Shown: piece by piece, positions 29,532-39,201 of the stretch
Numbering within the stretch: position 1 is the stretch's first letter
How the letters are laid out: each line of letters starts with the position of its first letter
Source of the DNA: Trueperaceae bacterium
Lineage (GTDB): Bacteria > Deinococcota > Deinococci > Deinococcales > Trueperaceae
Assembly: GCA_965213925.1 (NCBI GenBank)
Contig: OZ243927.1
Coordinates: forward strand, 1,696,001-1,760,000
Length of the DNA stretch: 64,000 nucleotides
Reading direction: 5' to 3'
Notes under the pieces: model-generated
Databases searched by the model: none
Told to the model about the DNA's origin: nothing
Seen by the model: only the letters and a program-made list of their open reading frames with translations
Position numbers and translations under genes: made by a program

Positions 29532-32500
29532 CTAAGCCGCTCGAGCCATGACGGACATGATGGTTTCGTCGAACAGGGCTTCGAACTCACGCTCGATCAT
29601 GTACACGTCTCTGAACTCCGCGAACGCCCAGCGTCCATACGATTTCAAGTTGTTGACGCCAGGTATCCAGTAGCTATCCACCGCGTTCTTCTTGTCCTTG
29701 GCGTCTTCGCCCCGGTAGCCTTTGATCTCTACGATGAGGTTCAAGGGGTCGGGGTAGCCGTCGTCTACCTGCACGATGAAGTCGGGAAGGTAGGTTCTCA
29801 TACCGCTACCGTAGCGGTAGGGAACCTCCAATCCGAGGTTGTAGTTCTTGACGTAGCTCCTCACGCGCGGATGGCTCTCGGCGACACGGCAGAATTCGGC
29901 TTCCCAGTCACTGTCGCAGACGATCCAGTTGAGATGACACTTGCGCGGGTCGGTCTGCCAGCGGGTCGCCTTCGAGGTGTTGAAGTTGACATGCAGCGTC
30001 GAGCCTATGGGGTTGTAGGGGTCTAAAACAGCTTTGACGGGTTTGCTGCCGATGTAGCTTTTCGTGATCGCGGCGGTGATGCGCTCGCAAGCCATGTCTG
30101 CGAGTTCTTGGTACATGAGCTGGGCTGGATAGGTATCGCCCTTGCAAACGAGGTAGCCGTTCAGCCACTCCCGGACGATGCGCTTGAGCTGCCCGAAGAG
30201 GTAGAGCCTGGGCGCTTCGCCGGGGTCGCGCCACTTCTCGTAGAGGAGGCGTTTGGTGAGGTGCATGATGAGCGTCGAGGTCCGCACGTCGCCTAAGTGC
30301 TTTAGGTCGAGGTCGTCCTCTTTGCCGATAATGCCCTGCACCCTAGTGATGGAGGGACCGACTAAGTGGGGTGACAGCTCGAGAACGGAGTCGTCCGTGA
30401 AGGTCGCGCTGAGCCGCTCCTCGGGAAGTTCGACGCGGTAGCCCTCTACGCGAGGAAACTGAATCTCTAGGTGGTCGCGCTCAGGTCGCACTGCTTTTAC
30501 GTTGACGGTCTCGCGCGGCTTCTGAGGCGGCGCGATGACGGGTTCGGCAGCAAAGTCGAAGGGAATACCTAGCACGTCGGCGTACTCGACGTTGAAGTAC
30601 CCTTCTTCGTTCAGATCGTAGGATTGACGGCGTAGCGCACGCCCGATCACCTGTTCGCAAAGCAGTTGCGTGCCGAACGCCCGCACGCCTAAAACGTGCG
30701 TGACCGTATTCGCGTCCCAGCCTTCGGTGAGCATAGAGACTGACACAACACAGCGCACGCTCTCACCCAATCGCCCCTCTTTTCCTACCGTATTCATGAC
30801 CTCACGCAGCAAATCTTGCTCGCTGATATTGTCCGCCGTTTTCCACTGTCCGCGCTCTCTAAGTTCGCGGCGGAAGCGCTCAATCTCGTCACTCGCCATC
30901 TCATGGAACTTCTTGTCCAGGGCGTCGCCCGATTCAAGCTGTTCGCTATCAATAAGGAGCGTGTTCGGGCGGGCGAGCGGATTGCCGAAGTTGTCGTAGT
31001 TTCTGAAGAGGGCGAGGCGTCCGTTTTCGAAGCTGCTGCTCCCATCTTCGCTCACCCGGCGGAACCCTGAGATGAAGTCATAGATGAGCTTGGATGTGGA
31101 GGTGTTATTGCAAACGATGATGAAGCAGGGCGGCACGCGGATGCCCTCTCGCTGCCACAGCTCGAAGGTCTTCTCGTAGTGACCGTAGAGGGCTTCTAAA
31201 GCAGTTTGCAATTCCACAGGCAGGCTCAGCGGATCGAGGTCTTTCGCTTTGCCCCGCCCCTTCTTGGGCATACGGCTGCGGATGTTCTCCCAAAGGTTGC
31301 GAAAGGTGGGCATATTGTCCTTGCCGCCGGGGATGTTGTCCGCGATGGGCACGCGCGGCAGCTTCACGATGCCGCACTCAATCGCGTCCATGAGCGAGAA
31401 GTCACTCATCGTCCAGGGGAAGAGCGTACCCTCGGCGTAGCCGGAGCCGCGCAGGAAGAAGGGGGTGGCGGACAGGTCGATGACCCGGCTGATACCGAGT
31501 TTGCGGTTGACCGCTTCGAGTCCTGAAATCCAGAGCCGCGCCGCCTCGGTGTTCTTCTCCGCCTCTCTCTTATCGTCCCCCTTGAGCTTTTCCTCGTCGG
31601 CATCACCAGGTTTCTCGCGGTAGCAGTGATGCGCTTCATCGTTGAGCGCGATGATGCCCTTTATGCCCATGAGTTCCGGCATAACACGCTGCAACATCTG
31701 CCCCTCTGTTTCCAGGGTGCATAGTTCATCACCGCGCCCTTGCAAGAGGGCGCGGTTTCCTTTCGGGAGGTCGAGTTTTTCGCGGCGTTTGAAAGCGTGG
31801 TAGTTCGTGATGACGATGCGAGCACGCTCTAAATCTTTGAGCATGTCGTTTGGCACGAGTTCGCGGCTGGCGTAGTAGCTGTCGGGGTCGTTGGGTTGGA
31901 GCACTCGTAAGCGGTCACGAATGGTGAGACCGGCGTGACGACGAGGAAACCTCTTGTGTATCTTTTACTGGTAGGTCGGCGCACCGCGTTGACGGTCTGC
32001 CAGGCGATGAGCATCGCCATAACGGTAGTTTTGCCTGCGCCCGTCGCGAGTTTTAGCGCTAGGCGGGATAGGTCGGGATTCGCGTCTTGGTTGACCCTAC
32101 GCAAGTGCTCCAGGAAGTCTTTGCCGACCTTGTTGTTCGGCGCGACCTCGGTGAGCCAGATAGCGACTTCCACCGCCTCGACCTGACAGAAGAAAGGGCG
32201 GATGCTGCTGAAAGGGTGGTGTCGCCAGTGCTTGAGTAGGCGGGCAGTCTCGGGCGTAACGCACCACTTGCTCTCCGGCAGACTGCGCCACTCATCGACG
32301 TGTGCCCGCAGTTCGTTGATAATTGAGGCGTTGTACTGCTGGTCTCCGGTTGAAAGCCCTTCGCCCTCGTCAAACGCAATCCTCTGCGCCTGCGCACCTC
32401 GCTGTTTCTGTGATCTAGGAATCGGCGAGATAAACTCAGCGCGTCGCCGCCGCTCAACCACTTTACGTGTCGGCTGTCCGTTCTCGTCCAGTTCCCAGTG

Positions 32501-32560
32501 CCGCTTAGGATACTCGTAAGGCGAGTTTAGAATAGGCTGGTTGAAAAACGTATCACTCAC
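29532..32560 (-). pseudogene. res: Type III-like restriction endonuclease Res subunit, split by a 1-nt frameshift near 31930
   Basis: ORF 31829-32560 has KLATGAGKTTVM; ORF 29532-31904 has NDEAHHCY, SMLTEGWD, QVIGRALR and PDFIV..VEIKG; adding one G gives TPGLTIRDRLRVLQPND. Confidence 0.9.
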
Positions 32561-32760
32561 GCAAGACTCCTGAGAAGTTATGTAGAGCTGGCGCTGAGCG
32601 ACCTAGCTATACGTAGAAGTCAAGATAGTCTCCCGAAAGCATTAGGAGCTATGAAGCCCTCAACTTCTGCGTTCTTGAGCTTGTCTACTTTTCCACTTCT
32701 TGGATAAATGAAAAATTTATCTCAATAGTTTGCCCAGTTCTTCACTTCTCCCAACTAGTC

Positions 32761-32836
32761 GAGATTGAAGACGAGCTTTCACTCCACTTCGTTGCGTTCA
32801 GAATGACATCACTCATCTTTTAGTTGACAGAGTACT
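32761..32836 (-). mobile_element. Partial MITE/REP copy A (left end only)
   Basis: Reverse complement matches the starts of the copies at 45036, 47501 and 50379 (agtactctgtYaa..aaaagatgagtgatgtcattct..ggagtgaaag). Confidence 0.75.
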
Positions 32837-33118
32837 TAGTCAACTACTGGGTACACCATGAAGCAGCTTCTTCTCGAGAAGTACATAAACAGCTTTCCCT
32901 GCTCAAAACATCACTCGTGACGCGGTGCAAGAGGGTAGTCTTGCGGCAAACCTCAAACTTCAAGCAGTATCCGATAGCCCGCGCAAATTAGCTGGTATAC
33001 GCACGCCTTGCCGGCGACCAGAAGTGCGCCCACAATCTCGCGGTTTGTCCCGGAGTTATCGTCTAAAATTTGGGATGTGCCAGACCTAGAGACGACGCTG
33101 AAGGCTGCTCGAGAGCCC

Positions 33119-34573
33119 TTACGGGCAATACAGCTTGATAGCCTCGGCAAGAGGCACGTCCAGCTTCGGTAGAGGCGTGCTCATAGGCGGAGTCGTGTCA
33201 AAAAACGCGAGTGGTGATACCCTTTGCGGCGGCTTCGGGGCGCAGCGTGGCGCGTTGTTGCTGTAGTCCAGCGCGGTGTAAACGCTCAACACTGGCGCGG
33301 CAAATGAGGTGCCCGCCACGCTGATGTCGGGATAGGTCGTCCAAGCACCGCTAATAGGGTCGAAGAAGGTGAGTCGGTAGTACCCGCCTGACAGCAGCAC
33401 CTCGCCAGTGTTCGAGTAGTCCGCATCTTTGAGACCGGCGGGACCGCTCAGGTTCTCCGCGCTCACGCTGACGAACTCAGGCCAGTGGCCGGGAAAGAGG
33501 GCGTAGTCGAGCTGATAGTTGCCAGCGGCAGCTAGGTAGGTGATCGCGGCTGCGCCCCCGTACTTCTCCCGGTCTCGCTGCGCGAGGATACGCAGCGGGT
33601 CTACACCCACGGGCACAGTCAACACGCGGGCGAGTTCCTCTCTAAACTGTGCGGCGTCGAGGTTGTTCGCTTTCATCACCGCCTCCTGATATCGCTCGAA
33701 GGTCGGAAACTGTGCCTTGCTTGCCTGGAAATCTTCTAAAACACTACAGGGCACGAGGCCGAAGCTCAGGTTGACGGCGAAGCGTTCAACGCCTCCCTGG
33801 GCTGCCAACATGCGAAGGGTCGCGGCGATTCGTCCTGCAATGATGGTCGTGTCGAAATCTTCGGTGTCCACGGCAGCGACGAGAATACCCAGGTTGGTAA
33901 ATTCGGCGAGAATCACGTCGAGAGGCTCGAAGGCGAAGGGCACGCCAGGCGCAGGCGTATCGACGCGCAAAGTGCTGATGTTTACGTCCTGGTCGAGGAC
34001 GCTGAGCAGAGCCAACGTGTGGTTAAAAACGAGCGCCCCGTGCGAGACTTGTCCGTTGGCTTCTAACGTGTCTAGCTCCGCTTCCTGCTGCGGCGTTCTG
34101 GCGTTCAGGTCCAAAGGTAGACGTGAGGATAGACCGCCGAGCGTATCGCCTCCTCCTTGGTCGGGGAAATATACGCCAGGCACGCGGAGTCCCTGACCGT
34201 TGAAATCGTCGACCACGAGGATAGCCGAGGGTTGGTCAAACTTGGGGGCAGCGAGACTCTCAATATGTTGACTGACGGGAAGCACGTCGCCAGGAGTGCT
34301 CCCCAAAGGATAAGGCTTAACAGCCAGCCCGCCGATGCCGCCCCGAGCGCGTACACCCTCGCCTGGTATCTTAAACTCGTTGATCGGGCAGTTGCCCCTC
34401 CCCACGTCGATGAGCCTCTCTTTACTGGAGTCACTGATGGCGATCAGCTTGGCTGCGTTGAGCGAAGTTTCGAATTCTAAGCCCGCCGTTTGGATAGGTT
34501 TGAGTCCCTCTCCGCCACAAGCGACGAGGAGCAGCGACAACGTAAGCAGTTCTATAGCTAAGTATCGGTTCAT
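33119..34573 (-). CDS. Subtilisin-like (S8) serine protease lipoprotein, divergent
   Basis: Lipobox LVAC; ILVVDDF, SHGALV, NLSFG, AAAGN and AGTSFAAP. Confidence 0.75.
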   Translation of the reverse strand: MNRYLAIELLTLSLLLVACGGEGLKPIQTAGLEFETSLNAAKLIAISDSSKERLIDVGRGNCPINEFKIPGEGVRARGGIGGLAVKPYPLGSTPGDVLPVSQHIESLAAPKFDQPSAILVVDDFNGQGLRVPGVYFPDQGGGDTLGGLSSRLPLDLNARTPQQEAELDTLEANGQVSHGALVFNHTLALLSVLDQDVNISTLRVDTPAPGVPFAFEPLDVILAEFTNLGILVAAVDTEDFDTTIIAGRIAATLRMLAAQGGVERFAVNLSFGLVPCSVLEDFQASKAQFPTFERYQEAVMKANNLDAAQFREELARVLTVPVGVDPLRILAQRDREKYGGAAAITYLAAAGNYQLDYALFPGHWPEFVSVSAENLSGPAGLKDADYSNTGEVLLSGGYYRLTFFDPISGAWTTYPDISVAGTSFAAPVLSVYTALDYSNNAPRCAPKPPQRVSPLAFFDTTPPMSTPLPKLDVPLAEAIKLYCP

Positions 34574-34601
34574 GTATTCTCCTAAAGCCGCACATTACAT
34601 G

Positions 34602-37235
34602 CTAGGCGTCAACTAGACGTGAATTTCGCTCGGTTAGGAGCCGCTCGACCTGGTCTGCCTCGGCTCGCGCGTGGTTGGCGTCGTAGAGCTTGAGCGCCTT
34701 CTCCAAATAATGCTCGCCTATCTGCCGCTGCTGCGCGTCCATATACATCTCGCCTAGCTCATGCAGCGCGTAGGCTTGCCACAGTCTGGTTATCATGAGG
34801 CGGTAGCGATGCCTAGAGCCTCCTTTCTGAGGATCACGGCCTCACTCGAAGTTGCCGAGCTTGCGTTTCGCCTCGCCTAGATTCAAGACGGCGTAGAAGA
34901 GGAGGTCAGCGGCGCGGGCCTGGTCTGCGTTAAGGTCACGTTTTAGCGTGCGGGCTACCTCTACGGCTTCCATGTTCAGGCGCTCCACTAGAGCCCAGTC
35001 GTGACGGAAGGCGGCCACGTAGCCGCGATGCTGTAACACCTGTCCGAGGGCGTCCCCATCGCCTACGCCTTGTGCAAGTTGGTACGCCCGCTCGAAGTCC
35101 CGCTCGGAGCCTGCGCCGAGGTGATGGCGGCTGACGCCGCAAAGACTGATCAAGATCGCCTCTCGCGCCGTATTTTTAGTGCGCCGTGCGAGCCGTGCAC
35201 CTTCGGTATAAGCCTCTAACGCCCTGGCGAAGTCATGGTGCTGCACGCGGTAAGCGTCGCCGAGTCTGGTTGCGAAGTGATGCGCTCTACTGAGCTGCCC
35301 AGTTTCCTTTGCCCAACGCACCGCCATTTCCAAAATGCTCAAGGAGCGCGGTGTGTGCCCGCGAACGTAGAAGTACGCCTCGCCGATGACCAAGCCCGCC
35401 ATCATCTCCACCAAAGCGTGCTGGTCGTTCGCTTCGTGTGCCGCGCCGAGCGCCCCGACGAGGTTGGCCATCTCCGCGCCGAGCAGCTCGAAGTCTTTCT
35501 GGGCTGTGCGGATGAGGTCACGGCAAGCCTGAATCACCGTTCGCGTCCGCACATAAGTCTTCTCCCGCGCGAAGCTGTGCGCTAGGTCGTGCAGCGCGTA
35601 GCGCACCAGGTCGCTGCCGGGGCTTGCTGTGCGCTCGGCGAGGGCGCGAGCCTGGAGTTCGATGAGGGCGATCTCGGCGGTCTCCGTATCGCGGCGCAAC
35701 AGGCGGGCTAAGAGCGGCGCGGTGACGGCGCGTGAAGGAAGTGCCCCGACCGCTAGAAACGCCTCGTATGCGTCGTCGCTCAGCGCATCTAAGCTCGCCT
35801 GTAAAAGGGCGCTCACGCTCTCTCGCCCCGTTTCTCGCCAGCCTTGAGGTGCTTGTAAGGCGTGTGGGGCGTTTGCGAGTTGTGCCAGCAGTTGCGGCGG
35901 GCTGAGCCTGTCGTGCTTGAGCTTAGCTGCGGCCAGACGCAGGGCGAAAGGGTGGTCGCCTAGCGTCTCACACAAGGCGTCCAAGTTGGGGTCGGTATCA
36001 TATTCAGTGAGCGCCACACCCGCTTCGAGAGCGAGCAAACGCCGTGCGTCTTCGCGAGCGAGTATCCCGATGTCGAGACGCTTCAATCCTGTTATACGCC
36101 GCCTCGCCGTGACCACCAGGGGCAGGCTGGGCAAGCGCTGGCGAAGCTCGGTAACGGCGTTTTCGTCCCAGACGTCGTCGATCACGACGAGCGCAGTTTG
36201 TTCACGGCGCAGCGCTTCGCGCAGGGTGTCCGAGGACAGGAGTCCGCCTTGAATCCCCACCGCTTGACCCGCTGCCTCCGCGAGTTCGGTCGCTGTGCTC
36301 AGCCCTGCTTGGAGCCACAGCACGTTTCCTGTGCTCAGCCAACCCGAAGCGAGTTCGGCGGCCAGCGCCGTCTTTCCGACGCCGCCGAAGCCGTGTAGGA
36401 GCACGGACCGCTCTTTTACCTCGGCGCTCAGCCCTGCGAGGAGCCCCTGACGACCGACCAGCCGCGTCGCTCGACCCGGCACGCGGTCGCCGAGCCTGAG
36501 CAAGAGCCCCTCAGCGCCTGCACCGTGCGTCCCCATGAGCTGGCGGTGCAGCTTGAAGGTTTCCGGGGCAGGTTTGCATACGCCCAGGTATTCTTTAAGC
36601 GCGGCGCGGCAGCGCTCAAAGGCGCGGTGCACGTTCTCGAGGTGACCGCTGTCATACTCCAACTGCATCAGCAGCCGGTGGGCAGCTTCGTTCAGCGGGT
36701 TACGGGCTACGAGTTGCTCGGCGAACCTTTTAGCCCGAGCGTACTGACCTCGCTCCGATAGAGTCAGGGCCGCGCTCTGGAAACGCTCATCCAACAGGGT
36801 GTTTGCCCGCCGCCGCTGCTCTTCGAGCCACTCACCGTAAGAGGGAGTGGGGGGCTCAAACCCGAACAGGAGTTCGCTCGTGTCGGCATCGGCGCAAGTG
36901 GCTAAGTGGTTTAGCTGTGCGTCAGAAGGGGTGCGCTCAGCCGCTAGTCGCTCGAGACCATCCAGGTCACTCCGCCCCCGAATCTCGATAAAGTCGCCAT
37001 CATCCACGAACCACGTGTCCGCGCCAGGGAGCCGCCGCAGTTTGTAAAGGGCTGTGCGCAAGCTGCCGCCTCGCCCGGTCCCCCAGAGGAGTTCGGTGAT
37101 CTCACCTCTGGTACAGGCCCGTCCTTGCAGGACCACATAGCAGATGAGCGCTAAGTGCTTGTTCTGGACATCTAAAGCATGTCCCTGGTAGGAGAGGCGG
37201 GGTACGCCTAAAAGGGTAAGGTCTAACACGCTCAC
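34602..37235 (-). CDS. SARP/BTAD + NB-ARC (STAND) + TPR regulator; 3' end disrupted at ~34790-34845
   Basis: N-terminal wHTH (LTLLGVP..LRTALYKLR), BTAD (NPLNEAAHRLLMQL), GFGGVGKT, VVIDDVWD, GDHPFAL, YALHDL and TPRs; a TPR tail continues in frame as 34602-34796 after TGA. Confidence 0.8.
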
Positions 37236-37386
37236 AGTTTGCCAGACGGAGCCTGACTTCGGCCTGACCGCATCCTGCGAAGCGTTTAAGCCGCCCTAGG
37301 CGGCGTTTAACGGCGAGTTGACGCCCCCTCTCTACCCTTAGGAGGTCATCTAACCAAACTCTCAGGATGACGGAGAGGAGACGCAC

Positions 37387-38625
37387 ATGAGGCGTCAACT
37401 ATATGGGCTGGTCGGGATTACGTGTGTGGTGCTGTTAGCGGCCTGCGGACAGCCGCTAAGCTCACAGCCGGAACTGGACGCGCAGGGCTCCGAGGCGTTC
37501 AAACAGATTAGGAACGAACTCGATTTGGAACCTGTCGAAAAGATTCTCGCGCAAGGGGAGCCGACCCGGTTCGAGGGTGAGGGCTACCTAGTCGACTTTC
37601 TCGGCAAGGGTCGCACCATCAAAGTGGAGCAGGTCGAACCACCTAGGATTGTCGATAACGGCAAGTCTGGCGAGGAAGAGGAAGACCCTGAGCTGCGCTT
37701 CGACACGCAGACTTTCGTGGCGTTTAACCCGTCCACTGGGCTCGAATTCGCCGTGACCGTCGAGGAGAGCCTGCACGAGCGGCTCTTCGAGCTTTTCGAA
37801 GTTTACGAGGTGCCGATTAGCTCGGGCAAGGCGGACGAGGGGTTAGAGCGCGAGAAAGGCTTCCGCCCACAAGCGATCACGGACAGTGTCGATACCCGTA
37901 TCCGCCTCAATAACCCGGCGGGCTTCTCCACTTGGCGGCGCATCGTGCACCTCAGCAACGGCTGCACCGGGACGATGGTCGGTCCTCGCGTCGTGCTCAC
38001 CGCTGCGCACTGTCTCGTCAATAGGGGCTCAAACGCCTACTTCTCGATGTCGGTCGCTCCGGCTCGTGAGGGCACCAGCCAACCTTACGGCTCTTACTTC
38101 GTAGGTCCCGGCGTCTCCAACACCTTTGTGTGGGTGCCGTCACAGTGGCGTAACGGCGCGGTCTGCAACACTTACAGCGTCGAATGCCGCCGCTACGACT
38201 ACGGCTACCTCGTGTTGGCCGACGATATCGGTAATGAGACAGGTTGGATGGGTGTTGAACCGACCTCGGTGTGGACCTTGGACGACAAAGCCCTTTACAA
38301 CCGGGGCTATGCTGGCTGCGGCTACTCAAATTCGCCTAGCGGCTGCGTACCTCGCAATCTTTATGGTGACACGAGCACCGGCGACATCGGCGACTACCGC
38401 TATCTGACGAGCGGCTGGTACCAAATCCTGCACCACAGCCTCGACACGAGCGGCGGTCATAGCGGCAGCGCCGTCTATCACTACCTGAGCGGTCACCCCA
38501 CCGTCGCGATGGTGCATCACTCCTGGAACTCCAGCAAGCCGAGCGACGCGCACCTGCGCAACGTAGGGCGGCGGGTCGCGCCCGACATCAAGAACAACGT
38601 CAACTTCCTCAACACGGTCTTCTAA
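37387..38625 (+). CDS. Trypsin-like (V8/glutamyl endopeptidase-type) serine protease lipoprotein
   Basis: Lipobox LAAC; CTGTMVGPRVVLTAAHC, YDYG and DTSGGHSGSAV; SD gagga. Confidence 0.85.
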   Translation: MRRQLYGLVGITCVVLLAACGQPLSSQPELDAQGSEAFKQIRNELDLEPVEKILAQGEPTRFEGEGYLVDFLGKGRTIKVEQVEPPRIVDNGKSGEEEEDPELRFDTQTFVAFNPSTGLEFAVTVEESLHERLFELFEVYEVPISSGKADEGLEREKGFRPQAITDSVDTRIRLNNPAGFSTWRRIVHLSNGCTGTMVGPRVVLTAAHCLVNRGSNAYFSMSVAPAREGTSQPYGSYFVGPGVSNTFVWVPSQWRNGAVCNTYSVECRRYDYGYLVLADDIGNETGWMGVEPTSVWTLDDKALYNRGYAGCGYSNSPSGCVPRNLYGDTSTGDIGDYRYLTSGWYQILHHSLDTSGGHSGSAVYHYLSGHPTVAMVHHSWNSSKPSDAHLRNVGRRVAPDIKNNVNFLNTVF

Positions 38626-38643
38626 ATACACTGCTGATCTTAC

Positions 38644-38672
38644 AGGGCGAGAGCGAACTCTCGCCCTACTTT
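38644..38672 (+). terminator. Intrinsic terminator
   Basis: agggcgagag-cgaa-ctctcgccct-acttt after the protease stop. Confidence 0.7.
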
Positions 38673-38739
38673 CAGCGTCGGCATCCGTGCGCTTGAGCGC
38701 CTCTCCACGTACAGTCTTTAGATGCGCTCTATGCTCGTC

Positions 38740-38950
38740 TCTTCTTCCAAAACGATGTCTGCGGGTTCGAGCAGAACGATCTCACCATCTTGCCACACCA
38801 CGGCAGGAACGCCTGCCCGCTTATGTTGCTGGAGCGCTCTTCGAGCCGCTTTCGCTAGAGCTTTGTCGAGCAGTGCGGGGTCTTTTAAGCGGTCGTGTAT
38901 TGTTTTAGCTTCCGTAGCGCTCCTTCAAACCTTGCCAGACGGACGCCCTT
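38740..38950 (-). pseudogene. Remnant of a small protein (ACG in place of a start) plus the tail of its upstream partner
   Basis: Frame from 38915 reads (T)EAKTIHDRLKDPALLDKALAKAARRALQQHKRAGVPAVVWQDGEIVLLEP, with SD AAGGAG; an overlapping frame ends VWQGLKERYGS*. Confidence 0.5.
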
Positions 38951-39201
38951 GACTTGTTCGGTTTGTAGTTTCTGCAGCCTTTCTACAACATACTGGGACA
39001 GATAAACGCGGATATACCCGCTAAAGCAGCTAGCGGGAGCGGTTTCCTACGGCGCTCTATATAGTGGGAGCGTCGCTCCGCACGACTTCATTCACTCTGA
39101 TTCCTTCTTTCCGCCCGATTTTTCCAAGTTCGCACCGCTAAACCTCCCTTTCGTCGTTACATTCCTGCTTTTGGGTTGCCAAACACGTTAGACTAACCTT
39201 A

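Noticed and set aside
34842..34844. TGA as selenocysteine or programmed readthrough
   Set aside because: The readthrough peptide is not TPR-like while the shifted frames are; no Cys-type catalytic context.
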